Source: an uncultured Planctomycetales bacterium (GTDB lineage Bacteria; Omnitrophota; Gorgyraeia; Zapsychrales; JANLHA01). From it: a stretch of DNA of 64,000 bases. Positions 25,069 to 35,450 of the stretch are shown here, in pieces. The position numbers were made by a program, and so were the translations under genes. Numbering within the stretch: the first letter of the stretch is position 1; each line of letters starts with the position of its first letter. The notes under the pieces were generated by a model. That model had not been told where the DNA came from. It did no database searches and worked only from the letters and a program-made list of their open reading frames with translations. Where the stretch lies: assembly GCA_964595465.1 (NCBI GenBank), contig CAZQQI010000006.1, positions 655 to 64,654 on the forward strand, given 5' to 3'.

Positions 25069-27696
25069 TTAATGGATATGAGCAAGAACGTCTTGCAGAG
25101 CGCTGTGTTTTTTCTGCATGTCAGTGAGGCGGCCGCGGTCTTTTTCAATGACCTCCTGCGGCGCCTTGCCCAGGAAGGCTTCATTCTGCAGACGTTTTTC
25201 TACTGAAGCCATATTTTTCTTTAAGACCGCGAGGTCGTCTTCCATGCGGGCCCGCTCTTTTTTGATATCCACAATGTCGCCCAGTGGGATAAAAAATTTT
25301 ATGTCACGGACCACGCCGGCTGCGGCATTTTCAACAGCGTTGACGTCTTGAAGAGATAAAGAATCTATACGTGTCAGCGGCGAGATCATGTCCGCTGCGC
25401 TCTGGATCAGTTCTGTGGTTTTGGTGTTTTTTGATGTCAGGATGCATTCGATAGATTGCTGAGGCGGAATGTTCCATTGTGCTTTCAGATTCCTGACCGC
25501 CGTGACAAATTCCATAATGAGTGCCATGTGATCTTCCGCTTCTTCATCGATGAATTGCGTGTTTCCCTCCGGCCAAGTACAGCGTGAGAGACAGTCTGCC
25601 GAGAGAGCGAAATGCTGCCAGATTTCTTCAGTCACGAACGGCACGAACGGGTGCATCATGCGGATGGATTGTTCCAAGATCGCAAAGGTTGCTTTCTGAA
25701 CGTCTTGGTTATCCATTTTGGTCTTGATGATCTCCAGGTACCAGTCGCAGAATTCTCCCCAGAAGAAATCATAGATGAGGGATTCGGCTTCGGAATAACG
25801 GAACTGCTCGATCGCTTGTCCGACCCCGGACAAGGTCCGGGTAAAGCGGGAAACGATCCAGCGCGCAGCCAGGTCGGCGTTTTTCAGGTCGATGTCCCGG
25901 CTCAGATCATAATGGCGTTTTTCCACCGAGAGGTTCATCAGGACCAGGCGGCTGGCGTTCCAGATCTTATTTGCGAAATTACGGCCAATCTCGAATTTTT
26001 CTTTTGAAATATAGATGTCTTGTCCGGAATTCATTATCAGGCTGAAGCGCAGGGCGTCTGCTCCGTATTCATCGACGATCTCAAGTGGATCCAGGGCGTT
26101 GCCTAAAGATTTGGACATCTTGCGTCCCCGGGTATCGCGGACCGTGCCGTGGATGAGAACATCAGAAAATGGGATATCATCAAGGAACTCGATTCCGGCC
26201 ATGACCATGCGTGCGACCCAGAAAAATATAATTTCAGAAGCTGTGAACAATGAATCCGTGGGATAAAAATAATTCACATCCCGTGATTCCTCCGGCCAGC
26301 CAAATGTGGCGAACGGCCATAGCCAGGATGAAAACCAGGTGTCCAGAACATCTTCGTCCTGTCGGAGATCTTTGCTGCCGCATTCCGGGCATTCATCAGG
26401 GTCGTCCAGGCGGACGATGACCGCGTCGCAGTCCCGGCAGTACCAGACCGGGATACGGTGGCCCCACCAGATCTGCCGGGAGATACACCAGTCGCGAATA
26501 TTTTCCAGCCAGTTGCAGTAAACTTTGGCCCAGCGCTGAGGATGAAAACGTACTTTGCCTTCCTGCACAACACGCAGGGCCGGTTCTGCAAGAGGCGCCA
26601 TTTTTACGAACCACTGGCGGGATAAATAGGGTTCTATAACGGTGTGACAACGATAGCAGTGTCCGACAGCGTGGGTGTGTTCGTCCATGTGGTCCAGGAC
26701 CTTAAGCTGCTTGAGGACTTCGATGATAGCCTCCCTTGCCTCAAAACGGTCCATGCCGTTAAACTCGCTGCCGGCCTGTTCGTTTAAGCGGCCGTCAGCA
26801 TGCATGATATTAATCATGGGCAGGTTATGACGCTGTCCCATGGCAAAATCGTTGGGGTCATGCGCCGGGGTTACCTTGACCGCGCCGGAACCAAAGTCTG
26901 GATCAACAAAATCATCGGTAATAATTGGAATTTCCCGGTTAATGATCGGCAGGATCAGGGTCTTGCCGACCAGGGAGCGGTAGCGGTCATCGTCGGGGTG
27001 AACAGCAACCGCTGTGTCACCCAGCATGGTTTCGGGACGCGTCGTGGCGACCGTGAGGAATTGCTGGGGGTTATCTTTAAAAGGATAACGGATATGATAT
27101 AAAGCACCTTGGTGTTCTTGGTGTTCGGCTTCTTCATCGGAAAGAGCCGTTTGACAGCGCGGGCACCAGTTGATGATATATTTTCCACGGTAGATCAGCC
27201 CTTTTTTATAAAGGGCGACAAAAACGTGCCGGACGGCCCGGCTGTAATGATCGTCCATGGTGAACCGGGTGCGGTCCCAATCGCAGGACGCGCCGATGGT
27301 CTTCAGCTGGTTGATAATGGTGTCGCCGTATTGCTGTTTCCATGACCAGAGCCGCTCCAGCATTTTTTTCCGGCCGATGTCATGACGGGTCAGATTTTCT
27401 TTCGCCAATTGCTTTTCGACGACATTCTGCGTAGCGATACCGGCATGATCTGTCCCCGGCATCCAGCAGGTCTCAAAACCGCGCAGGCGCTTATATCGGA
27501 TCAGGATGTCCTGCAGGGTATCATTTAAAGCATGGCCCATGTGCAGGATCCCGGTCACGTTCGGCGGGGGGATCACAACGGCATACGGATCCTTGTCATC
27601 AGTTGGCTCGGCATGAAAGATGTGGTTGTCTTCCCAATACCGGCGCCATTTTTTTTCGACATTTCCAAAATTAAACCGGGTGGACATCTCCGGCAT
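25069..27696 (-). CDS. valS: Valine--tRNA ligase
   Basis: PPPNVTG.LHMGH, DHAGIATQ, DWCISRQIWWGHRIP, KMSKS and C-terminal coiled coil. Confidence 0.98.
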   Translation of the reverse strand: MPEMSTRFNFGNVEKKWRRYWEDNHIFHAEPTDDKDPYAVVIPPPNVTGILHMGHALNDTLQDILIRYKRLRGFETCWMPGTDHAGIATQNVVEKQLAKENLTRHDIGRKKMLERLWSWKQQYGDTIINQLKTIGASCDWDRTRFTMDDHYSRAVRHVFVALYKKGLIYRGKYIINWCPRCQTALSDEEAEHQEHQGALYHIRYPFKDNPQQFLTVATTRPETMLGDTAVAVHPDDDRYRSLVGKTLILPIINREIPIITDDFVDPDFGSGAVKVTPAHDPNDFAMGQRHNLPMINIMHADGRLNEQAGSEFNGMDRFEAREAIIEVLKQLKVLDHMDEHTHAVGHCYRCHTVIEPYLSRQWFVKMAPLAEPALRVVQEGKVRFHPQRWAKVYCNWLENIRDWCISRQIWWGHRIPVWYCRDCDAVIVRLDDPDECPECGSKDLRQDEDVLDTWFSSWLWPFATFGWPEESRDVNYFYPTDSLFTASEIIFFWVARMVMAGIEFLDDIPFSDVLIHGTVRDTRGRKMSKSLGNALDPLEIVDEYGADALRFSLIMNSGQDIYISKEKFEIGRNFANKIWNASRLVLMNLSVEKRHYDLSRDIDLKNADLAARWIVSRFTRTLSGVGQAIEQFRYSEAESLIYDFFWGEFCDWYLEIIKTKMDNQDVQKATFAILEQSIRMMHPFVPFVTEEIWQHFALSADCLSRCTWPEGNTQFIDEEAEDHMALIMEFVTAVRNLKAQWNIPPQQSIECILTSKNTKTTELIQSAADMISPLTRIDSLSLQDVNAVENAAAGVVRDIKFFIPLGDIVDIKKERARMEDDLAVLKKNMASVEKRLQNEAFLGKAPQEVIEKDRGRLTDMQKKHSALQDVLAHIH

Positions 27697-27731
27697 AATA
27701 TTTCCTTTAGTTTAAGTGTGATTAAATATGA

Positions 27732-29306
27732 TCATGCTTTACTGTCTTTGAGAAGCTTGTATTCGATGCTATCGATCAGGGCTTCCCAGCTGGCCTGAAT
27801 GATGTTTTCATGCACCCCGACCGTGATCCAGGAATCACTGGCATCCTGCGATTCGATCAGAACCCGAACCCGAGCGGCCGTGCCTTCATTGGTATCAAGA
27901 ACACGGACCTTATAGTCGGTCAGGTGCATATCTGCCAGGTTCGGATAAAATGTGTTCAGGGCCTGACGCAGGGCTTTGTCCAGAGCGTCAACCGGCCCAT
28001 TGCCTTCGGCGGCGCTGAATTGTTCTTTTCCATCGACTTTGAGCCGCATGGAGGCTTCGGCAAAGATCCTGCCGTCAAAGCGCTTTTCGGTAAAGGATTT
28101 GAATCCCTCTAGCTCAAAAAACGGTTTATAGCGCTTCAGATGGCGTTTCATAAATAATTCAAAAGACGCGTCCGCCGCTTCAAACTGGTATCCGCTGTGT
28201 TCTTTGGCCTGAAGGTCCTTTAGAAGGCGTTTGGCCTGCGCAGACTTTTTATCGATCTTGATGTTCATTTGCTGGGCCTTCATGACGATCGGCATTTTAC
28301 CGGCCAGTTCCGATGTCACAAAGCGGCGGTGATTTCCTATCGTTTCAGGATCTAAGTGTTCATAGGCGAGAGGATTTTTGATCATGGCATCGATGTGCAC
28401 GCCTCCCTTGTGCGAAAATGCGGAATGGCCGACAAAGGGATGATTGTCGCTGAGTTTGATGTTGCTGACTTCGCTTAAAAAATATGAAGCTTCGGTCAGC
28501 TTCTTAAGATGTTTTTGCGGAATGGCGCGCATCCCCATTTTGGTGTGCAGGATACCGATGACAGTGCTCAGATCAGCGTTCCCGCACCGTTCGCCCAGAC
28601 CGTTGAATGTTCCCTGAACCTGGATGCAGCCTTCCTGGACCGCGGCAATACTGTTGGCCACGGCCAGATCGAGATCATTATGGCAGTGAATCCCTAAAGC
28701 CGCGTCGATATGAGCGCGGACTTCTCCTATGATTCGGCGGACCTCATCCGGGAGTGTGCCTCCGTTTGTGTCGCAGAGAATGATCGTTTTGGCTCCGGCA
28801 TTCTGGGCGGCGGTTAAAGTTTTCAGGGCGTATGTCGGATTGGCTTTATATCCGTCGAAAAAGTGTTCCGCGTCGTAAAATACTTCGCGTTTGTGTTTTT
28901 TCAGGTACTTGACCGAATCCGTGATCATGGCCAGATTTTCATCGAGTGTGGTCCGGATCACGTCAGTGATATGCAGATCCCAGGACTTGCCGAAGATGGT
29001 GATCGTCGGCGCTTTTGAACGGATGAGCTCTTTCAGATTGGTATCCTGTGATGCCTTCACCTTTGCGCGGCGGGTGGAACCGAAGGCCGTGATACGCGCG
29101 TGCTTCCAGCGGATCTCCTGCGCCTGTTGGAAAAAGGCCTTATCTTTAGGGTTGGATCCGGGCCAGCCCCCTTCAATATACTGCACTCCAAGCGCATCCA
29201 GTTTGCGGGCGATTTTGATTTTGTCGTTGACCAGAAAGGAAATGCCTTCAGTTTGTGCCCCGTCGCGCAGGGTTGTGTCATATATGGTGATGTTTTTGGC
29301 GGACAT
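27732..29306 (-). CDS. cimA: Citramalate synthase
   Basis: DTTLRDGAQ.EG, EGGWPGSNPKD, GKSWDLH, YDAEHFFDG and GYQFEAADASFEL (Geobacter-type CimA). Confidence 0.9.
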   Translation of the reverse strand: MSAKNITIYDTTLRDGAQTEGISFLVNDKIKIARKLDALGVQYIEGGWPGSNPKDKAFFQQAQEIRWKHARITAFGSTRRAKVKASQDTNLKELIRSKAPTITIFGKSWDLHITDVIRTTLDENLAMITDSVKYLKKHKREVFYDAEHFFDGYKANPTYALKTLTAAQNAGAKTIILCDTNGGTLPDEVRRIIGEVRAHIDAALGIHCHNDLDLAVANSIAAVQEGCIQVQGTFNGLGERCGNADLSTVIGILHTKMGMRAIPQKHLKKLTEASYFLSEVSNIKLSDNHPFVGHSAFSHKGGVHIDAMIKNPLAYEHLDPETIGNHRRFVTSELAGKMPIVMKAQQMNIKIDKKSAQAKRLLKDLQAKEHSGYQFEAADASFELFMKRHLKRYKPFFELEGFKSFTEKRFDGRIFAEASMRLKVDGKEQFSAAEGNGPVDALDKALRQALNTFYPNLADMHLTDYKVRVLDTNEGTAARVRVLIESQDASDSWITVGVHENIIQASWEALIDSIEYKLLKDSKA

Positions 29307-29342
29307 ATGCGTGTCCTTTCCCCGTTGCAAATTTCGGGATAT

Positions 29343-30569
29343 TTAACGTGTTTTATTCAGTTTAAAAGCCGTATGCAGCGCCTTGACGGCCTGATTGGTC
29401 ATTTTGGCATCGATTAAGCAGGAAATACTGATTTCCGAAGTCGAGATCATCTCGATATTGATTTTATTTTTCGCCAGAGTCTTGAACATCAGCGCGGCGA
29501 TCCCCTGGTGAGAACGCATTCCTGAACCGATGATTGAGATACGGGCGACATTTTTTTTCGATGTCACCTTGCCGGCCTTGATCTTTTTGGATACAGCCTC
29601 AGCAGACTGCAGTGTTTTCTCCAGGTCTTTTTTGGGAACCGTGAAGGAAATATCCGTCAAGCGGGTGTGTGAGACATTCTGGACGATCATGTCGACATTG
29701 ACGCTGGATTTTGAGATCTCGTTAAAGATCCTGGCTGCAACACCGGGTGTGTCCGGTACGGCGTTAATGGTGATCTTGGCTTCGGATTTATTACATGTTA
29801 CGCCGCGGACGGCGATCTCTTCGAGTTTTCCACTGTCTTGGACGATCATGGTTCCCTCCTCTTTGCAAAAGCTCGACCGCACATGGATCGGGATATTAAA
29901 ACGTTTGGCGACTTCGATGGACCGGGCCTGCATGACCTGGGCGCCTAATGAGGCCATTTCCAGCATTTCTTCAAAAGTAATGGTGTTCAGTTTCTTGGCG
30001 CGGGAAACGATCCGCGGATCGGTGGTATAGATCCCCTTCACATCGGTAAAGATTTCACAAACCTTGGCCTTGAGGGTCTTGGCCAGGGCTACGGCGGTCA
30101 GGTCAGATCCTCCCCGGCCTAGAGTGGTAATATCATTCTCGTCGGTAACACCCTGGAATCCCGCTACGATCACGATCTGGTTTTTACGGAACGCCGCACG
30201 GATCCTGCGGGCGTCGATGGTCTCGATGCGCGCGTTGGTATGGGCCCGGGACGTGCGGATACCAACCTGTCCTCCCGTCAGAGAGACAGCGTCATGTCCC
30301 ATGGTTTTAAGGCACATGGCCAAAAGTGCGCACGAGATCTGCTCGCCGGTCGACATAAGCATATCCATTTCCCGGTGCGGCGGTGTGGGATTGATCTCGA
30401 AGGCCATTTTTTCGAGTTCGTCTGTTGAGTCACCCAGCGCTGAGACCACAACGGCCACGTTGTTCCGGGACGTTTTCGTCTCCAGAACTCTCTTGGCCAC
30501 GGCTTTGACGCGGTCGATGTTGGCGACAGACGACCCGCCGAATTTTTGTACAATGACTGGTCTGGTCAA
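29343..30569 (-). CDS. lysC: Aspartate kinase
   Basis: VQKFGGSSV, TTLGRGGSD, two ACT domains and ISTSEI. Confidence 0.96.
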   Translation of the reverse strand: MTRPVIVQKFGGSSVANIDRVKAVAKRVLETKTSRNNVAVVVSALGDSTDELEKMAFEINPTPPHREMDMLMSTGEQISCALLAMCLKTMGHDAVSLTGGQVGIRTSRAHTNARIETIDARRIRAAFRKNQIVIVAGFQGVTDENDITTLGRGGSDLTAVALAKTLKAKVCEIFTDVKGIYTTDPRIVSRAKKLNTITFEEMLEMASLGAQVMQARSIEVAKRFNIPIHVRSSFCKEEGTMIVQDSGKLEEIAVRGVTCNKSEAKITINAVPDTPGVAARIFNEISKSSVNVDMIVQNVSHTRLTDISFTVPKKDLEKTLQSAEAVSKKIKAGKVTSKKNVARISIIGSGMRSHQGIAALMFKTLAKNKINIEMISTSEISISCLIDAKMTNQAVKALHTAFKLNKTR

Positions 30570-30584
30570 AATGAAAACCCTTTC

Positions 30585-31787
30585 TTATAAATACGGATTC
30601 GTAAAATATGTCATAAGTTCTTCCCCGCTGCGGAAAAGAATTCCCGGGGTCTTGGCCGAACGTTCATTATATTCAAAAGATCCGTCGCTGGCAACCCCTT
30701 TTCCGTAGATCACGAATGGGACCGGATCGGCAGTATGGGTGCGCAGGGAGATGGGTGTCGGATGATCCGGCAGGACCATTATGCGGAAATCCGCGTGACC
30801 GCTGAAATGGTTCAGAAACGTGCCCACGATTTCTCGATCGATTTTTTCGATGCAGGACATCTTCGCCTCAAGATCGCCGTTATGACCGGCTTCGTCAGGG
30901 GCCTCGATATGGACGTAGACAAAATCGTTTTGTCTGAGGCAGTCGATGGCGTAATCCGCTTTGCCCCGGTAATTGGTGTCATAGTACCCTGTTATGCCCG
31001 GAACATCTATGACGTTCAGTCCGATCAGACGGCCGATTCCGTTAATGAGATCTACCGCGGAAATGATACCGCCGTCCAGGCCGTATTTTTCTTTGAAAAG
31101 CGGCAGGTTCGGCCGCGTTCCCTGTCCCCATAACCAGATCGCGTTAGCAGGGTTCTCCCCCAGATCAAGACGGACCCGATTGACCTCATGTTCCGCCAGG
31201 ATTTTTTCAGCGCGTTCCATGATCTTCAGCAGGGTCAGGGCCGGTTTACTTTTGGGTAAATGGGGTTCATATTTTTTATCCAGGATATCGTGAGGCGGAG
31301 TGCAGGCGATCTCAGCGAATTCCCTGGGATTACGGACTTTGAGGATCAGTAGGTGACGGTAGCTTTTCCCGGGATAGAAACGGATTCCCTCCTCCTGTAT
31401 TTCGTCATTCAAGGCGGCGATTAGTTTTTCCGCCTCCTCTGTCCCGATATGCCCGGCGCTGTAGTCTTTCATTTCTCCATGGTCGAGGGTAACCAGATTA
31501 CAGCGGAACGCGATTTCATCATCAGCCAGCTGGATACCCGAGTTTGCCGCTTCCAGAGGCGCACGACCGGTGAAGCAGGACTCAGGCCGGTATCCCAGCA
31601 GAGACAGGTTTCCGATTTCCGAACCCGGATGCATACCCTTGGGAATGGTTGGGACCAGGCCCTGCATGCCGTTTTGGGCCATATGGTCCATGTTGGTTGT
31701 GCGCGCGGCTTCGAGCGGCGTCCGCCCGCCCAGGTCCGGTATGGGCTGATCCGCCATGCCGTCTGGAACGATGATCGCGTATTTCAT
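30585..31787 (-). CDS. apgM: Cofactor-independent phosphoglycerate mutase family protein (ApgM-like; proposed homoserine kinase subfamily)
   Basis: DGMAD, TPLE.A, PGSE..NLS, PPHD, APDEAGH and PDHPTP; sits inside the threonine operon. Confidence 0.85.
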   Translation of the reverse strand: MKYAIIVPDGMADQPIPDLGGRTPLEAARTTNMDHMAQNGMQGLVPTIPKGMHPGSEIGNLSLLGYRPESCFTGRAPLEAANSGIQLADDEIAFRCNLVTLDHGEMKDYSAGHIGTEEAEKLIAALNDEIQEEGIRFYPGKSYRHLLILKVRNPREFAEIACTPPHDILDKKYEPHLPKSKPALTLLKIMERAEKILAEHEVNRVRLDLGENPANAIWLWGQGTRPNLPLFKEKYGLDGGIISAVDLINGIGRLIGLNVIDVPGITGYYDTNYRGKADYAIDCLRQNDFVYVHIEAPDEAGHNGDLEAKMSCIEKIDREIVGTFLNHFSGHADFRIMVLPDHPTPISLRTHTADPVPFVIYGKGVASDGSFEYNERSAKTPGILFRSGEELMTYFTNPYL

Positions 31788-31818
31788 GGATGAACACTCC
31801 TTACAATGTATCGTAAAT

Positions 31819-32469
31819 TCATTTTTGTTTGTTTATTTTGGTCGTTAGTATATTTGTCAGCTTACGGGCAATGGTCTTTCGCTGCCGGGCGCTGTCGAGA
31901 ATTTTTCCGTTATGATCAACGAGGATGCCGTAGTATCCGTTTTTCAATGAATTGGCCAGGACCAAGTCGCAGCGGCCTTTTTGGAGTAATTCTCCGGCCG
32001 CCTGTTTAAGACGGCGGTCTTGGCGGGTCGATTCCAGTTTGAATCCTACCAAAATGCAGTCAGGGGCCAGACGTTTAACATTGCGGATGAGCTTGGGTGT
32101 CGGCACCAGTTTTATCTGCCATGATTTTCTGGATGAAGAGATCTTGACGGAACTTTTCTTTTGCGGGCGGTAATCTGAAACGGCTGCAGCGTGGATGACA
32201 ATGTCCGGCTTAGCGGATAACGTGGTTTGCAAAAGAGCGTCCAGTTCATCATAGAATTGGTAGTTTATGACCTTCAGGCCGGCAGACGGTGTTAATGGAG
32301 CCGTGATCGGCCCCTGTAGAACCGTGACCCGTGCTCCCTTTGAGAGGAGTTCGGCCGTAATCAATTTTCCCATGGCGCCGGAGGAACGGTTGCTGATCAC
32401 GCGGGTATCGTCAATCGGCACCCATGTCGGGCCGTAGGTTATCAGTATATTTTTGTGGTTTAAGGACAT
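31819..32469 (-). CDS. coaB: Stand-alone phosphopantothenate--cysteine ligase (CoaB domain only)
   Basis: LIT.GPT..PID..R.ISN.SSG.MG, HAAAVSDY, VGFKLE and LAN; no CoaC flavoprotein domain. Confidence 0.8.
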   Translation of the reverse strand: MSLNHKNILITYGPTWVPIDDTRVISNRSSGAMGKLITAELLSKGARVTVLQGPITAPLTPSAGLKVINYQFYDELDALLQTTLSAKPDIVIHAAAVSDYRPQKKSSVKISSSRKSWQIKLVPTPKLIRNVKRLAPDCILVGFKLESTRQDRRLKQAAGELLQKGRCDLVLANSLKNGYYGILVDHNGKILDSARQRKTIARKLTNILTTKINKQK

Positions 32470-32493
32470 TCGTCTCCTGAACAGGTGGTTTCT

Positions 32494-33555
32494 TTACGAG
32501 AGGCCGATGGTTTTTAGGACGGTCTCGCGGTCAGGATCGACAATGATAGGCTGATCAACGGAGCTGATCGCGGTATTAGGATCTTTCAGGCCGTGTCCGG
32601 TTAATGTGCAGACAACGCGGCAGCCCTGAGCGTTTTTAAAATATCCGTGTTCAGCGTATTTCAGCAGTCCGGCGACTGAGGCGGCTGACGCAGGTTCAGC
32701 AAAAATTCCGCTTTTCCCTGCCAGCAGGGTATAGGCGTTAAGGATGTCTTCATCCGTGACCATGTCGATCAGCCCTTGCGAATCACGGGCCGCGTTTTCT
32801 GCTTGTTTCCAGGATGCCGGGTTGCCGATACGGATAGCGGTGGCGATCGTTTCCGGTTTTTCGATCGGATGGCCGTGAACGATAGGAGCCGCACCTGCTG
32901 CCTGAAATCCCAGCATTTTAGGAAGCTGCTTCGCGTGTCCGGCACTCTGATATTCCCGGTATCCTTTCCAATAGGCCGTAATATTACCGGCATTCCCGAC
33001 AGGGATGCAGTGAAATTCCGGAGTATCACCGAGCACGTCACAGATCTCGAAGGCGGCGGATTTTTGTCCTTCGATCCGGAACGGGTTAATCGAATTGACC
33101 AGCTCGACCGGATAATTGTCCGTTATATCACGGACAAGGCGCAGTGCGTCATCAAAGTTTCCACGGATCTGAATGACCTGGGCCTGATGGATCATGGCCT
33201 GAGCGAGCTTCCCCAGGGCGATCTTCCCTTCCGGGATCAATACAACGCATTTCATTGTCCCGCTTTTGACTGCATACGCAGACGCTGAAGCCGACGTGTT
33301 CCCGGTCGAAGCGCACATTACGATCCTGGCGCCCTGCTCTTTGGCCTTGGTGATCGCCATGGTCATCCCCCGGTCCTTAAAAGATCCGGTGGGGTTTAAT
33401 CCGTCGTATTTCAGGTAAACCTTTAGACCGGTACGCGCCGAGAGGTCTTCCGAATGGATCAGCGGTGTGTTGCCTTCCAGCAGGGAGACAATGGGTGTGC
33501 TCTCATCTACGGGCAGAAATTCCCGGTATTGTTCAATAATGCCTTTCCAGTTCAC
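32494..33555 (-). CDS. thrC: Threonine synthase
   Basis: EGNTPL, NPTGSFKDRG, CASTGNTS, PVGNAGN and TGHGLKD. Confidence 0.96.
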   Translation of the reverse strand: MNWKGIIEQYREFLPVDESTPIVSLLEGNTPLIHSEDLSARTGLKVYLKYDGLNPTGSFKDRGMTMAITKAKEQGARIVMCASTGNTSASASAYAVKSGTMKCVVLIPEGKIALGKLAQAMIHQAQVIQIRGNFDDALRLVRDITDNYPVELVNSINPFRIEGQKSAAFEICDVLGDTPEFHCIPVGNAGNITAYWKGYREYQSAGHAKQLPKMLGFQAAGAAPIVHGHPIEKPETIATAIRIGNPASWKQAENAARDSQGLIDMVTDEDILNAYTLLAGKSGIFAEPASAASVAGLLKYAEHGYFKNAQGCRVVCTLTGHGLKDPNTAISSVDQPIIVDPDRETVLKTIGLS

Positions 33556-33581
33556 GGCATGCTCCTTAGATATTTGCAGGG

Positions 33582-34886
33582 TCAGGTTAGATTTTCGATG
33601 CGGATCGCGACAGGCCGTTTTTTGACTACCGGAAGTTTGTGGATCCTGTCGAGGGCCTGGCGGACCTTTTTTTCCGTGGCCGTTTCGGTCAGCATGACAA
33701 CAGGTATGGCTCCGGAAGTGCCCTGAGCTTTTTGGGAGACGGAGCTGATACTGATCCCGTATCTGGCAAGAATGCCTGAAATTTTGGATAGGACGCCTGG
33801 TTTATCTTCAGCCATGATCCTCAGATAAAATTTGGTTGAGATCGAATCGATCTTTTTTTGGATGCGGTCAGGGGCTTCGTGATAAAAATTTCCGATATAA
33901 TTTTGCGGGTCGCCGTCGTGACGGCTGATTAAATTGATCAGGTCGCTCATCACACCGGAAGCGGCGGCGTATTGCCCCGCCCCTTCCCCGGATAATAAAA
34001 TTTCTCCCAAGGGATCAGCCTCCAGCAAGGCAGCGTTCAGGACGCCGTTGATTGCCGCTAAAGGATGGTCCTGCTGGATCAGGGTCGGGTGGACCCGGGC
34101 CTCAATGCCATCAGGCGCGTTTTTGGCAATAGCAAGCAGTTTGATCGTCAGGCCGAGCTCTTCGGCGAATTGGATATCTTGATGAGAGATATGAGTGATC
34201 CCTTCTGTATGAATGGATTTCGGCGTGACAAATTTTCCGAAAGCCAGATAGGTCAGGATGGCCAATTTGTACGCGGCGTCCATGCCGTTTATGTCCAGGG
34301 TGGGGTCGGTTTCCGCGAACCCGTTGGCCTGTGCCTTTTTGACAGCGTTCTCAAAAGAGAGATTGTTGGAAGACATCTCAGACAGCACATAGTTGCAGGT
34401 CCCATTGATGATACCGTAGACAGCATGGATGTCATTGCCGGCCAGTCCTTCGGTCAGGGTCTTGATCAGCGGCACCCCGGCCAGGACCGATGTTTCAAAA
34501 TAAATATTGCGCTGATATTTTTCCGCGGCTTTAAACAGGGTTTTGCCGTATTGCGCGATCAATGCTTTATTGGCGGTTATGACATGTTTGCCGTTTTTCA
34601 GCGCCTGAAGAACAAATTCTTTGGCTGGATGCAGTCCGCCGATCAGTTCTATGATGACGGCGGTGTCCGGGTCTTCCAGCAGTTTGCGGGCGTCTGAGGT
34701 CAGGATGGTTTTTTTGCCCAGCCCTCTTGGCTTCTTTTTTCTGAATTGAAGATCGCAGATCCCCCGGACGTTGACCTGAATATGGTACTTGTCCTGCAGA
34801 AGGGCGCGTTTCTTTTTCAGGAGTTTGACAACACCTTGTCCGACATTGCCGTAACCGATTAATCCGACGTTGACATCAATCATCAT
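33582..34886 (-). CDS. hom: Homoserine dehydrogenase with ACT domain
   Basis: G.GNVG, TANKA, GIINGT.NY, G.AE.DPT.D, GAG..AAS and C-terminal ACT. Confidence 0.95.
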   Translation of the reverse strand: MMIDVNVGLIGYGNVGQGVVKLLKKKRALLQDKYHIQVNVRGICDLQFRKKKPRGLGKKTILTSDARKLLEDPDTAVIIELIGGLHPAKEFVLQALKNGKHVITANKALIAQYGKTLFKAAEKYQRNIYFETSVLAGVPLIKTLTEGLAGNDIHAVYGIINGTCNYVLSEMSSNNLSFENAVKKAQANGFAETDPTLDINGMDAAYKLAILTYLAFGKFVTPKSIHTEGITHISHQDIQFAEELGLTIKLLAIAKNAPDGIEARVHPTLIQQDHPLAAINGVLNAALLEADPLGEILLSGEGAGQYAAASGVMSDLINLISRHDGDPQNYIGNFYHEAPDRIQKKIDSISTKFYLRIMAEDKPGVLSKISGILARYGISISSVSQKAQGTSGAIPVVMLTETATEKKVRQALDRIHKLPVVKKRPVAIRIENLT

Positions 34887-35250
34887 GGTGTTCACTTTCA
34901 TGTTCAAAAAATTCGATCGCTTGTTTTAAGATTTCTTCTGTTTGAGGGTTGACCTGATCAAACTGAAACCGGGTTAGAAAGATAATCCCCGGGATCTTTT
35001 CCTGGGATTCGAGGACAGTGCCTGTCAACTCTGTCAGCTGAGAACAGAACGGGGTCTTGAGCTCAATCCCCATACGCGTTCCCGGTGGAAAGGGTCTTTC
35101 TGTCACGAAGCAAATGCCTCCCAGGCTGATATTGCGCAGCTGGGATGCGGAATACGTAACATCCGGCTGGTTCAGATCATGATATTTTAGGATAAAGTGT
35201 TTTTCGATCCGTTTATGCTGACGCCGTTCAGGGGTGTTCTGTTCGTCCAT
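34876..35250 (-). CDS. PilZ domain protein
   Basis: ERRQHKR (RxxxR) and NISLGG (D/NxSxxG) c-di-GMP-binding motifs. Confidence 0.85.
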   Translation of the reverse strand: MDEQNTPERRQHKRIEKHFILKYHDLNQPDVTYSASQLRNISLGGICFVTERPFPPGTRMGIELKTPFCSQLTELTGTVLESQEKIPGIIFLTRFQFDQVNPQTEEILKQAIEFFEHESEHHDD

Positions 35251-35287
35251 GCTCTGCTCCCTTCGCTGTCAGGCCGGTAGGAAAAAA

Positions 35288-35364
35288 TGGTCGGAGCGGA
35301 CGGATTTGAACCGTCGACCCCTAGTACCCCATACTAGTGCGCTAGCCAGCTGCGCTACGCTCCG
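35288..35364 (-). tRNA. tRNA-Pro(GGG)
   Basis: Reverse complement CGGAGCG...CTAGT-AT-GGG-GT-ACTAG...GGTTCAAATCC..CGCTCCGACCA; 77-nt cloverleaf with encoded CCA. Confidence 0.96.
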
Positions 35365-35450
35365 ACAATATATATGTATATAAATCTGATGAATTATACT
35401 ATAGTGAACAGGGAATGCAATGGAAAAATCAAGTTTTTAGCATATTTCCC

